Positions 25,701-40,700 of a stretch of DNA of 64,000 nucleotides are shown here, piece by piece; the stretch's first letter is position 1, and every line of letters begins with the position of its first letter. The notes under the pieces were generated by a model. The model saw nothing but the letters and a program-made list of their open reading frames with translations. It was not told the DNA's origin and ran no database searches. The translations under genes were made by a program, and so were the position numbers. This stretch comes from the human T2T-CHM13v2.0 reference genome, Homo sapiens, in the NCBI RefSeq assembly GCF_009914755.1, contig NC_060939.1, one strand, 5' to 3'.

Positions 25701-28700
25701 CGATATAACTCTTCTCTAGGATCTGACCACAGGGTGCTTTGTGACATATCCCTGCAATGATCACCCAGGTGATATACCACTTGCCAAGGCTCTGCCTACA
25801 GGGGCATTGCAATGAATCTCTGCACTGATCACCTAGGACTTGTAGCTATTTTCTAGGATCTGCCTACAGGGTCCTTTGTGACGTGTCCCAGCAAGGATTA
25901 CCCAGGTGATGTACCTCTCATCAAGGCTCTGCCTACAGGCACATTGTGATGTATCTCTGCACTGATCACCTAGGTCATGTAAATTTTGTCTAGGCTCTAC
26001 CTACGATGGCATTGTGACATATCTCTGCACTAATCATCCAAGTGATGTAACTCTTGTCTAGGATGTGCCTAAATTAACTTTTTGACATAACCCTGTACTG
26101 ATCATACAGGTGATGGAGCTTTTCTCTAGGCTCTGCCTAAGGGGGCATTGTGACATATTTCTGCATTGATCACCCAGGTGGCGAACTCTTCTCTCGGATC
26201 TGCCTATGGGGGCATTGTGAGAAATCTCTGCACTGATCACCCAGGTGATGTAACTGTTGTGTAACCTCTGCCTACAGGGGAATTGTGAGAGATCTCGTCA
26301 CTGATTACCCAAGTGATGTAACCGTTGTCTAGGCTTTGCGTACAAGGGGCTTTGTGACATACCTTTGCACTGATCACCCAGGTGATGTAACACGTCTAAG
26401 TGCGGCCTGAAGGAGCTTTGTGACATATCTCTGCACTGATCACTTAGGTGATGTAACACTTTTATAATCACTGCCTACAGGGAATTTTGACAAATCTCTG
26501 CACTGATCACCTAGGTGATATAACTCTTGTCTACCCTCTGTCCAACGGGGCATTGTGAAATATCTCTGCACTGATCACCCAGGTGATTCAACTCTTGACT
26601 AGGAACTGCCTACTGACTTTATTGTGAAATATCTCTGCACTGATAAACTAGGTGGTGTAAACCTTGTCCAAACTCTGCCTACAGGGGCGTTTCCACATAT
26701 CCCTGAACTGATGACAGAGGTGATGTAACTCTTGCCTAGGCTTTGCCTACAGGGAACATTGGACATATATCTGCACTGATCACCCAGGTGATGCAACTCT
26801 TGCCTTGGCTTTGCCTACAGGGGACATCGTGACATATCTCTTCAATGATCACTCATGTGATGCATCTCTTGCCTAGGCTTTGCCTACAGGGGACATTGTG
26901 ACATATCTCTGCACTGATCTCCCAGGTGCTGTAACTTTAGTCTAGGCTCTGGCTACACGGCATTGTTACATATCACTGCACTGATCAACCAGGTGATATA
27001 ACTCTTGTATAGGCTCTGCCTACCGGGGGATTGTGACCTACCTCTGCACTGATCACCCAGGTGATATAACTCTTCTCTAGGATCTGCCTACAGGGTACTT
27101 TGTGACATATCCCTGCACTGATCACCCAGGTGATCTAACTGTGGTCTAAGCTCTGCCTAAAGGGGCATTGTGAGAGATCTCTGCACTGATCACTCTGGTG
27201 ATGTAAGTATTGTCTAGGCTCTGCTTCAAGGGGCCTTGTCACATATCTCTGCACTGATCACCCAGGTGATGTAACTCTTGTCTAGGCTCTGCTTCCGGGG
27301 CATATTGTGACATATCTATGCACTGATCACCTTAGTGATGTAACACTTTGGTAGGCTCGGCCTACAGGGGAATCTTGACATATCTCTGCACTGTTAACCG
27401 AGGTGATTTAACTCTTGTCTAGGCTGTGCCCACAGGGGGATTGAGACATATCTCTGCACTGATCCCGAGGTGATACAACTCTTGCCTGGTCTCTGCCTAC
27501 TGTGGACATTGTGACATATCTCTGCACTGATCTCCCAGGTGCTGTAACTTTAGTCTAGGCTCTGGCTACACGGCATTGTGACATATCACTGCACTGATCA
27601 CCCAGGCGATATAACTCTTCTCTAGGATCTGACCACAGGGTGCTTTGTGACATATCCCTGCAATGATCACCCAGGTGATATACCACTTGCCAAGGCTCTG
27701 CCTACAGGGGCATTGCAATGTATCTCTGCACTGATCACCTAGGTCTTGTAGCTATTTTCTAGGAACTGCCTACAGGGTGCTTTGTGACGTGTCCCAGCAA
27801 GGATTACCCAGGTGATGTACCTCTCATCAAGGCTCTGCCTACAGACACATTGTGATGTATCTCTGCACTGATCACCTAGGTCATGTAAATTTTGTCTAGG
27901 CTCTACCTACGATGGCATTGTGACATATCTCTGCACTAATCATCCAAGTGATGTAACTCTTGTCTAGGATGTGCCTAAATTAACTTTTTGACATAACCCT
28001 GTACTGATCATCCAGGTGATGGAGCTTTTGTCTAGGCTCTGCCTAAGGGGGCATTGTGACATATTTCTGCATTGATCACCCAGGTGGCGAACTCTTCTCT
28101 CGGATCTGCCTATGGGGGCATTGTGAGAAATCTCTGCACTGATCACCCAGGTGATGTAACTGTTGTGTAACCTCTGCCTACAGGGGAATTGTGAGAGATC
28201 TCGTCACTGATTACCCAAGTGATGTAACCGTTGTCTAGGCTTTGCGTACAAGGGGCTTTGTGACATACCTTTACACTGATCACCCAGGTGATGTAACACG
28301 TCTAAGTTCGGCCTAAAGGAGCTTTGTGACATATCTCTGCACTGATCACTTAGGTGATGTAACACTTTTATAATCACTGCCTACAGGGAATTTTGACAAA
28401 TCTCTGCACTGATCACCTAGGTGATGTAACTCTTGTCTACCCTCTGTCCAAGGGGCATTGTGAAATATCTCTGCACTGATCACCCAGGTGAATAAACTCT
28501 TGACTAGGAACTGCCTACAGAGGTTATAGTGAAATATCTCTGCACTGATAAACTAGGTGGTGTAACCCTTGTCCAAGCTCTGCCTACAGGGGCGTTTCCA
28601 CATATGCCTGAACTGATGACAGAGGTGATGTAACACTTGCCTAGGCTTTGCCTACAGGGAACATTGGACATATATCTGCACTGATCACCCATTTGATGCA

Positions 28701-31700
28701 ACTCTTGCCTAGGCTTTGCCTACAGGGGACATTGTGACATATCTCTTCAATGATCACTCATGTGATGCATCTCTTGCCTAGGCTTTGCCTACAGGGGACA
28801 TTGTGACATATCTCTTCACTGATCTCCCAGGTGCTGTAACTTTAGTCTAGGCTCTGGCTACACGGCATTGTGACATATCACTGCACTGATCAACCAGGTG
28901 ATATAACTCTTGTGTAGGCTTTGCCTACAGGGGGATTGTGACCTACCTCTGCACTGATCACCCAGGTGATATAACTCCTCTCTAGGATCTTCCTACAGGG
29001 TACTTTGTGACATATGCCTGCACTGATCACCCAGGTGATCTATCTCTGGTCTAAGCTCTGCCTAAAGGGGCATTGTGACAGATCTCTGCACTGATCACTC
29101 AGGTGATGTAAGTATTGTCTAGGCTCTGCTTCAAGGGGCCTTGTCACATATCTCTGCACTGATCACCCAGGTGATGTAACTCTTGTCTAGGCTCTGCTTC
29201 CAGGGCATATTGTGACATATCTATGCACTGATCACCTTAGTGATGTAACACTTTGGTAGGCTCGGCCTACAGGGGAATCTTGACATATCTCTGCACTGTT
29301 AACCGAGGTGATTTAACCCTTGTCTAGGCTGTGCCCACAGGGGGATTGAGACATATCTCTGCAATGATCCCGAGGTGATACAACTCTTGCCTGGTCTCTG
29401 CCTACTGTGGACATTGGGACATATCTCTGCACTGATCTCCCAGGTGCTGTAACTTTAGTCTAGGCTCTGGCTACACGGCATTGTGACATATCACTGCACT
29501 GATCACCCAGGCGATATAACTCTTCTCTAGGATCTGACAACAGGGTGCTTTGTGACATATCCCTGCAATGATCACCCAGGTGATATACCACTTGCCAAGG
29601 CTCTGCCTACAGGGGCATTGCAATGTATCTCTGCACTGATCACCTAGGTCTTGTAGCTATTTTCTAGGATCTGCCTACAGGGTGCTTTGTGACGTGTCCC
29701 AGCAAGGATTACCCAGGTGATGTACCTCTCATCAAGGCTCTGCCTACAGGCACATTGTGATGTATCTCTGCACTGATCACCTAGGTCATGTAACTTTTCT
29801 CTAGGCTCTACCTACGATGGCATTGTGACATATCTCTGCACTAATCATCCAAGTGATGTAACTCTTGTCTAGGATGTGTCTAAATTAACTTTTTGACATA
29901 ACCCTGTACTGATCATCCAGGTGATGGAGCTTTTGTCTAGGCTCTGCCTAAGGGGTCATTGTGACATATTTCTGCATTGATCACCCAGGTGGCGAACTCT
30001 TCTCTCAGATCTGCCTATGGGGGCATTATGAGAAATCTCTGCACTGATCACCCAGGTGATGTAACTGTTGTGTAACCTCTGCCTACAGGGGAATTGTGAG
30101 AGATCTCGTCACTCATTACCCAAGGGATGTAACCGTTGTCTAGGCTTTGCATACAGGGGCTTTGTGACATACCTTTTAACTGATCACCCAGGTGATGTAA
30201 CACATCTAAGTTCGGCCTAAAGGAGCTTTGTGACATATCTCTGCAGTGATCACTTAGGTGATGTAACACTTTTATAATCACTGCCTACAGGGAATTTTGA
30301 CAAATCTCTGCACTGATCACCTAGGTGATGTAACTGTTGTCTACCCTCTGTCCAAAGGGGCATTGTGAAATATCTCTGCACTGATCACCCAGGTGATTCA
30401 ACTCTTGACTAGGAACTGCCTACAGAGGTTATTGTGAAATATCTCTGCACTGATAAACTAGGTGGTGTAACCTTGTCCAAGCTCTGCCTACAGGGTCGTT
30501 TCCACATATCCCTGAACTGATGACAGAGGTGATGTAACTCTTGCCTAGGCTTTGCCTACAGGGAACATTGGACATATATCTGCACTGATCACCCAGGTGA
30601 TTCAACTCTTGCCTAGGCTTTGCCTACAGGGGACATTGTGATATATCTCTTCAATGATCACTCATGTGATGCATCTCTTGCCTAGGCTTTGCCTACAGGG
30701 GACATTGTGACATATCTCTGCACTGATCTCCCAGGTGCTGTAACTTTAGTCTAGGCTCTGGCTACACGGCATTGTGACATATCACTGCACTGATCAACCA
30801 GGTGATATAACTCTTGTATAGGCTCTGCCTACAGGGGTATTGTGACCTACCTCTGCACTGATCACCCAGGTGATATAACTCTTCTCTAGGATCTTCCTAC
30901 AGGGTACTTTGTGACATATCCCTGCACTGATCACCCAGGTGATCTATCTCTGGTCTAAGCTCTGCCTAAAGGGGCATTGTGACAGATCTCTGCACTGATC
31001 ACTCAGGTGATGTAAGTATTGTCTAGGCTCTGCTTCAAGGGGCCTTGTCACATATCTCTGCACTGATCACCCAGGTGATGTAACTCTTGTCTAGGCTCTG
31101 CTTCCAGGGCATATTGTGACATATCTATGCACTGATCACCTTAGTGATGTAACACTTTGGTAGGCTCGGCCTACAGGGGAATCTTGACATATCTCTGCAC
31201 TGTTAACCGAGGTGATTTAACACTTGTCTAGGCTGTGCCCACAGAGGGATTGAGACATATCTCTGCACGGATCCCGAGGTGATAAAACTCTTGCCTTGTC
31301 TCTGCCTACTGTGGACATTGTGACATATCTCTGCACTGATCTCCCAGGTGCTGTAACTTTAGTCTAGGCTCTGGCTACACGGCATTGTGACATATCACTG
31401 CACTGATCACCCAGGCGATATAACTGTTCTCTAGGATCTGACCACAGGGTGCTTTGTGACATATCCCTGCAATGATCACCCAGGTGATATACCACTTGCC
31501 AAGGCTCTGCCTACAGGGGCATTGCAATATATCTCTGCACTGATCACCTAGGTCTTGTAGCTATTTTCTAGGATCTGCCTACAGGGTGCTTTGTGACGTG
31601 TCCCAGCAAGGATTACCTAGGTGATGTACCTCTCATCAAGGCTCTGCCTACAGGCACATTGTGATGTATCTCTGCACTGATCACCTAGGTCATGTAACTT

Positions 31701-34700
31701 TTCTCTAGGCTCTACCTACGATGGCATTGTGACATATCTCTGCACTAATCATCCAAGTGATGTAACTCTTGTCTAGGATGTGTCTAAATTAACTTTTTGA
31801 CATAACCCTGTACTGATCATCCAGGTGATGGAACTTTTGTCTAGGCTCTGCCTAAGGGGGCATTGTGACAAATTTCTGCATTGATCACCCAGGTGGCGAA
31901 CTCTTCTCTCAGATCTGCCTATGGGGGCATTATGAGAAATCTCTACACTGATCATCCAGGTGATGTAACTGTTGTGTAACCTCTGCCTACAGGGGAATTG
32001 TGAGAGATCTCGTCACTCATTACCCAAGGGATGTAACCGTTGTCTAGGCTTTGCATACAGGGGGCTTTGTGACATACCTTTTAACTGATCACCCAGGTGA
32101 TGTAACACATCTAAGTTCGGCCTAAAGGAGCTTTGCGACATATCTCTGCAGTGATCACTTAGGTGATGTAACACTTTTATAATCACTGCCTACAGGGAAT
32201 TTTGACAAATCTCTGCACTGATCACCTAGGTGATGTAACTGTTGTCTACCCTCTGTCCAACGGGGCATTGTGAAATATCTCTGCACTGATCACCCAGGTG
32301 ATTCAACTCTTGACTAGGAACTGCCTACAGAGGTTATTGTGAAATATCTCTGCACTGATAAACTAGGTGGTTTAAACCTTGTCCAAGCTCTGCCTACAGG
32401 GGCGTTTCCACATATCCCTGAACTCATGACAAAGGTGATGGAACTCTTGCCTAGGCTTTGCCTACAGGGAACATTGGACATATATCTGCACTGATCACCC
32501 AGGTGATGCAACTCTTGCCTTGGCTTTGCCTACAGGGGACATCGTGACATATCTCTTCAATGATCACTCATGTGATGCATCTCTTGCCTAGGCTTTGCCT
32601 ACAGGGGACATTGTGACATATCTCTGCACTGATCTCCCAGGTGCTGTAACTTTAGTCTAGGCTCTGGCTACACGGCATTGTGACATATCACTGCACTGAT
32701 CAACCAGGTGATATAACTCTTGTATAGGCTCTGCCTACAGGGGGATTGTGACCTACCTCTGCACTGATCACCCAGGTGATCTAACTCTGGTCTAAGCTCT
32801 GCCTAAAGGGGCATTGTGACAGATCTCTGCACTGATCAGTCTGGTGATGTAAGTATTGTCTAGGCTCTGCTTCAAGGGGCCTTGTCACATATCTCTGCAC
32901 TGATCACCCAGGTGATGTAACTCTTGTCTAGGCTCTGCTTCCGGGCATAATGTGACATATCTATGCACTGATCACCTTAGTGATGTAACACTTTGGTAGG
33001 CTCGGCCTACAGGGGAATCTTGACATATCTCTGCACTGTTAACCGAGGTGATTTAACTCTTGTCTAGGCTGTGCCCACAGGGGGATTGAGACATATCTAT
33101 GCACTGATCCCGAGGTGATACAACTCTTGCCTTGTCTCTGCCTACTGTGGACATTGTGACATATCTCTGCACTGATCTCCCAGGTGCTGTAACTTTAGTC
33201 TAGGCTCTGGCTACACGGCATTGTGACATATCACTGCACTGATCACCCAGGCGATATAACTCTTCTCTAGGATCTGACCACAGGGTGCTTTGTGACATAT
33301 CCCTGCAATGATCACCCAGGTGATATACCACTTGCCAAGGCTCTGCCTACAGGGGCATTGCAATGTATCTCTGCACTGATCACCTAGGTCTTGTAGCTAT
33401 TTTCTAGGAACTGCCTACAGTGTGCTTTGTGACGTGTCCCAGCAAGGATTACCCAGGTGATGTACCTCTCATCAAGGCTCTGCCTACAGGCACATTGTGA
33501 TGTATCTCTGCACTGATCACCTAGGTCATGTAAATTTTGTCTAGGCTCTACCTACGATGGCATTGTGACATATCTCTGCACTAATCATCCAACTGATGTA
33601 AATCTTGTCTAGGATGTGCCTAAATTAACTTTTCGACATAACCCTGTACTGATCATCCAGGTGATGGAGCTTTTGTCTAGGCTCTGCCTAACGGGGCATT
33701 GTGACATATTTCTGCATTGATCCCCCAGGTGGCGAACTCTTCTCTCGGATCTGCCTATGGGGGCATTGTGAGAAATCTCTGCACTGATCACCCAGGTGAT
33801 GTAACTGTTGTGTAACCTCTGCCTACAGGGGAATTGTGAGAGATCTCGTCACTGATTACCCAAGTGATGTAACCGTTGTCTAGGCTTTGCGTACAAGGGG
33901 CTTTGTGATATACCTTTGCACTGATCACCCAGGTGATGTAACACGTCTAAGTGCGGCCTAAAGGAGCTTTGTGACATATCTCTGCACTGATCACTTAGGT
34001 GATGTAACACTTTTATAATCACTGCCTACAGGGAATTTTGACAAATCTCTGCACTGATCACCTAGGTGATGTAACTCTTGTCTACCCTCTGTCCAACGGT
34101 GCATTGTGAAATATCTCTGCACTGATCACCCAGGTGATTCAACTCTTGACTAGGAACTGCCTACAGAGGTTATTGTGAAATATCTCTGCACTGATAAACT
34201 AGGTGGTGTAACCCTTGTCCAAGCTCTGCCTACAGGGTCGTTTCCACATATCCCTGAACTGATGACAGAGGTGATGTAACTCTTGACTAGGCTTTGCCTA
34301 CAGGGAACATTGGACATATATCTGCACTGATCACCCAGGTGATGCAACTCTTGCCTAGGCTTTGCCTACAGGGGACATTGTGATATATCTCTTCAATGAT
34401 CACTCATGTGATGCATCTCTTGCCTAGGCTTTGCCTACAGGGGACATTGTGACATATCTGTGCACTGATCTCCCAGGTGTTGTAACTTTAGTCTAGGCTC
34501 TGGCTACACGGCATTGTGACATATCACTGCACTGATCAACCAGGTGATATAACTCTTGTATAGGCTCTGCCTACAGGGGGATTGTGACCTACCTCTGCAC
34601 TGATCACCCAGGTGATATAACTCTTCTCTAGGATCTGCCTACAGGGTACTTTGTGACATATCCCTGCACTGATCACCCAGGTGATCTATCTCTGGTCTAA

Positions 34701-37700
34701 GCTCTGCCTAAAGGGGCATTGTGACAGATCTCTGCACTGATCACTCAGGTGATGTAAGTATTGTCTAGGCTCTGCTTCAAGGGGCCTTGTCACATATCTC
34801 TGCACTGATCACCCAGGTGATGTAACTCTTGTCTAGGCTCTGCTTCCAGGGCATATTGTGACATATCTATGCACTGATCACCTTAGTGATGTAACACTTT
34901 GGTAGGCTCGGCCTACAGGGGAATCTTGACATATCTCTGCACTGTTAACCGAGGTGATTTAACTCTTGTCTAGGCTGTGCCCACAGGGGGATTGAGACAT
35001 ATCTCTGCACTGATCCCGAGGTGATACAACTCTTGCCTGGTCTCTGCCTACTGTGGACATTGTGACATATCTCTGCACTGATCTCCCAGGTGCTGTAACT
35101 TTAGTCTAGGCTCTGGCTACACGGCATTGTGACATACCACTGCACTGATCACCCAGGCGATATAACTCTTCTCTAGGATCTGACCACAGGGTGCTTTGTG
35201 ACATATCCCTGCAATGATCACCCAGGTGATATACCACTTGCCAAGGCTCTGCTTACAGGGGCATTGCAATGTATCTCTGCACTGATCACCTAGGTCTTGT
35301 AGCTATTTTCTAGGATCTGCCTACAGGGTGCTTTGTGACGTGTCCCAGCAAGGATTACCCAGGTGATGTACCTCTCATCAAGGCTCTGCCTACAGGCACA
35401 TTGTGATGTATCTCTGCACTGATCACCTCGGTCATGTAACTTTTTTCTAGGCTCTACCTACGATGGCATTGTGACATATCTCTGCACTAATCATCCAAGT
35501 GATTTAACTCTTGTCTAGGATGTGTCTAAATTAACTTTTTGACATAACCCTGTACTGATCATCCAGGTGATGGAGCTTTTGTCTGGGCTCTGCTAAGGGG
35601 GCATTGTGACATATTTCTGCATTGATCACCCAGGTGGCGAACTCTTCTCTCAGATCTGCCTATGGGGGCATTATGAGAAATCTCTGCACTGATCACCCAG
35701 GTGATGTAACTGTTGTGTAACCTCTGCCTACAGGGGAATTGTGAGAGATCTCGTCACTGATTTCCCAAGGGATGTAACCGTTGTCTACGCTTTGCGTACA
35801 GGGGGCTTTGTGACATACCTTTTAAGTGATCACCCAGGTGATGTAACACATCTAAGTTCGGCCTAAAGGAGCTTTGTGACATATCTCTGCAGTGATCACT
35901 TAGGTGATGTAACACTTTTATAATCACTGCCTACAGGGAATTTTGACAAATCTCTGCACTGATCACCTAGGTGATGTAACTATTGTCTACCCTCTGTCCA
36001 ACGGGGCATTGTGAAATATCTCTACACTGATCACGCAGGTGATTCAACTCTTGACTAGGAACTGCCTACAGAGGTTATTGTGAAATATCTCTGCACTGAT
36101 AAACTAGGTGGTGTAACGCTTGTCCAAGCTCTGCCTACAGGGGCGTTTCCACATATCCCTGAACTGATGACAGAGGTGATGTAACTCTTGCCTAGGCTTT
36201 GCCTACAGGGAACATTGGACATATATCTGCACTGATCACCCAGGTGATGCAACTCTTGCCTAGGCTTTGCCTACAGGGTACATTGTGACATATTTCTTCA
36301 ATGATCACTCATGTGATGCATCTCTTGCCTAGGCATTGCCTACAGCGGACATTGTGACATATCTCTTCAGTGATCTCCCAGGTGCTGTAACTTTAGTCTA
36401 TGCTCTGGCTACACGGCATTGTGACATATCACTGCACTGTTCAACCAGGTGATATAACTCTTGTATAGGCTCTGCCTACAGGGGGATTGTGACCTACCTC
36501 TGCACTGATCACCCAGGTGATATAACTCTTCTCTAGGATCTTCCTACAGGGTACTTTGTGACATATCCCTGCACTGATCACCCAGGAGATCTATCTCTGG
36601 TCTAAGCTCTGCCTAAAGGGGCATTGTGACAGATCTCTGCACTGATCACTCAGGTGACGTAAGTATTGTCTAGGCTCTGCTTCAAGGGGCCTTGTCACAT
36701 ATCTCTGCACTGATCACCCAGGTGATGTAACTCTTGTCTAGGCTCTGCTTCCAGGGCATATTGTGACATATCTATGCACTGATCACCTTAGTGATGTAAC
36801 ACTTTGGTAGGCTCGGCCTACAGGGGAATCTTGACATATCTCTGCACTGTTAACCGAGGTGATTTAACTGTTGTCTAGGCTGTGCCCACAGGGGGATTGA
36901 GACATATCTCTGCACTGATCCCGAGGTGATACAACTCTTGCCTGGTCTCTGCCTACTGTGGACATTGTGACATATCTCTGCACTGATCTCCCAGGTGCTG
37001 TAACTTTAGTCTAGGCTCTGGCTACACGGCATTGTGACATATCACTGCACTGATCACCCAGGCGATATAACTCTTCTCTAGGATCTGACCACAGGGTGCT
37101 TTGTGACATATCCCTGCAATGATCACCCAGGTGATATACCACTTGCCAAGGCTCTGCCTACAGGAGCATTGCAATGTATCTCTGCACTGATCACCTAGGT
37201 CTTGTAGCTATTTTCTAGGATCTGCCTATAGGGTGCTTTGTGACGTGTCCCAGCAAGGATTACCCAGGTGATGTACCTCTCATCAAGGCTCTGCCTACAG
37301 GCACATTGTGATGTATCTCTGCACTGATCACCTAGGTCATGTAACTTTTTCTAGGCTCTACCTACGATGGCATGGTGACATATCTCTGCACTAATCATCC
37401 AAGTGATGTAACTCTTCTCTAGGATGTGCCTAAATTAACTTTTTGACATAACCCTGTACTGATCATCCAGGTGATGGAGCTTTTGTCTAGGCTCTGCCTA
37501 AGGGGGCATTGTGACATATTTCTGCATTGATCACCCAGGTGGTGAACCCTTCTCTCGGATCTGCCTATGCTGGCATTGTGAGAAACCTCTGCACTGATCA
37601 CCCAGGTGATGTAACTGTTGTGTATCCTCTGCCTACAGGGGAATTGTGAGAGATCTCGTCACTGATTACCCAAGTGATGTAACCGTTGTCTAGGCTTTGC

Positions 37701-40700
37701 ATACAGGGGGCTTTGTGACATACCTTTGCACTGATCACCCAGGTGATGTAACACATCTAAGTTCGGCCTAAAGGAGCTTTGTGACATATCTCTGCACTGA
37801 TCACTTAGGTGATGTAACACTTTTATAATCACTGCCTACAGGGAATTTTGACAAATCTCTGCACTGATCACCTAGGTGATGTAACTCTTGTCTACCCTCT
37901 GTCCAACGGGGCATTGTGAAATATCTCTGCACTGATCACCCAGGTGATTCAACTCTTGACTAGGAACTGCCTACAGAGGTTATTGTGAAATATCTCTGCA
38001 CGGATAAACTAGGTGGTGTAAACCTTGTCCAAGCTCTGCCTACAGGGGCGTTTCCACATATCCCTGAACTGATGACAAAGGTGATGTAACTCTTGCCTAC
38101 GCTTTGCCTACAGGGAACATTGGACATATATCTGCACTGATCACCCAGGTGATGCAACTCTTGCCTAGGCTTTGCCTACAGGGGACATCGTGACATATCT
38201 CTTCAATGATCATTCATGTGATGCATCTCTTGCCTAGGCTTTGCCAACAGGGGACATTGTGACATATCTCTGCACTGATCTCCCAGGTGCTGTAACTTTA
38301 GTCTAGTCTCTGCCTACACGGCATTGTGACATATCACTGCACTCATCAACCAGGTGATATAACTCTTGTATAGGCTCTGCCTACAGGGGGATTGTGACCT
38401 AACCCTGCACTGATCACCCAGGTGATATAACTCTTCTCTAGGATCTTCCTACAGGGTACTTAGTGACATATCCCTGCACTGATCACCCAGGTGATCTATC
38501 TCTGGTCTAAGCTCTGCCTAAAGGGGCATTGTGACAGATCTCTACACTGATGACTCAGGTGATGTAAGTATTGTCTAGGCTCTGCTTCAAGGGGCCTTGT
38601 CACATATCTCTGCACTGATCACCCAGGTGATGTAACTCTTGTCTAGGCTCTGCTTCGAGGGCATATTGTGACATATCTATGCACTGATCACCTTAGTGGT
38701 GTAACACTTTGGTAGGCTCGGCCTACAGGGGAATCTTGACATATTTCTGCACTGTTAACCAAGGTGATTTAACTCTTGTCTAGGCTGTGCCCACAGGGGG
38801 ATTGAGACATATCTCTGCACGGATCCCGAGGTGATACAACTCTTGCCTGGTCTCTGCCTACTGTGGACATTGTGACATATCTCTGCACTGATCTCCCAGG
38901 TGCTGTAACTTTAGTCTAGGCTCTGGCTACACGGCATTGTGACATATCACTGCACTGATCACCCAGGCGATATAACTCTTCTCTAGGATCTGACCACAGG
39001 GTGCTTTGTGACATATCCCTGCAATGATCACCCAGGTGATATACCACTTGCCAAGGCTCTGCCTACAGGGGCATTGCAATGTATCTCTGCACTGATCACC
39101 TAGGTCTTGTAGCTATTTTCTAGGATCTGCCTACAGGGTGCTTTGTGACGTGTCCCAGCAAGGATTACCCAGGTGATGTACCTCTCATCAAGGCTCTGCC
39201 TACAGGCACATTGTGATGTATCTCTGCACTGATCACCTAGGTCATGTAACTTTTTTCTAGGCTCTACCTACGATGGCATTGTGACATATCTCTGCACTAA
39301 TCATCCAAGTGATGTAACTCTTGTCTAGGATGTGCCTAAATTAACTTTTTGACATAACCCTGTACTGATCATCCAGGTGATGGAGCTTTTGTCTAGGCTC
39401 TGCCTAAGGGGGCATTGTGACATATTTCTGCATTGATCACCCAGGTGTCGAACTCTTCTCTCGGATCTGCCTATGGGGGCATTGTGAGAAATCTCTGCAC
39501 TGATCACCCAGGTGATGTAACTTTTGTGTAACCTCTGCCTACAGGGGAATTGTGAGAGATCTCGTCACTCATTACCCAAGGGATGTAACCGTTGTCTAGG
39601 CTTTGCATACAGGGGGCTTTGTGACATACCTTTGCACTGTTCACCCAGGTGATGTAACACATCTAAGTTCGGCCTAAAGGAGCTTTGTGACATATCCCTG
39701 CACTGATCACTTAGGTGATGTAACACTTTTATAATCACTGCCTACAGGGAATTTTGACAAATCTCTGCACTGATCACCTAGGTGATGTAACTCTTGTCTA
39801 CCCTCTGTCCAACGGGGCATTGTGAAATATCTCTGCACTGATCACCCAGGTGATTCAACTCTCGACTAGGAACTGCCTACAGAGGTTATTGTGAAATATC
39901 TCTGCACTGATAAACTAGTTGGTGTAACCCTTGTCCAAGCTCTGCCTACAGGGGCGTTTCCACATATCCCTGAACTGATGACAGAGGTGATGTAACTCTT
40001 GCCTAGGCTTTGCCTACAGGGAACATTGGACATATATCTGCACTGATCTCCCAGGTGATGCAACTCTTGCCTAGGCTTTGCCTATAGGGGACATTGTGAC
40101 ATATTTCTTCAATGATCACTCATGTGATGCATCTCTTGCCTAGGCTTTGCCTACAGGGGACATTGTGACATATCTCTGCACTGATCTCCCAGGTGCTGTA
40201 ACTTTAGTCTAGGCTCTGGCTACACGGCATTGTGACATATCACTGCACTGATCAACCAGGTGATATAACTCTTGTATAGGCTCTGCCTACAGGGGGATTG
40301 TGACCTACCTCTGCACTGATCACCCAGGTGATATAACTCTTCTCTAGGATCTTCCTACAGGGTACTTTGTGACATATCCCTGCACTGATCACCCAGGTGA
40401 TCTATCTCTGGTCTAAGCTCTGCCTAAAGGGGCATTGTGACAGATCTCTGCACTGATCACTCAGGTGATGTAAGTATTGTCTAGGCTCTGCTTCAAGGGG
40501 CCTTGTCACATATCTCTGCACTGATCACTTAGGTGATGTAACTCTTGTCTAGGCTCTGCTTCCAGGGCATATTGTGACATATCTATGCACTGATCACCTT
40601 AGTGATGTAACACTTTGGTAGGCTCGGCCTACAGGGGAATCTTGACATATCTCTGCACTGTTAACCGAGGTGATTTAACTGTTGTCTAGGCTGTGCCCAC

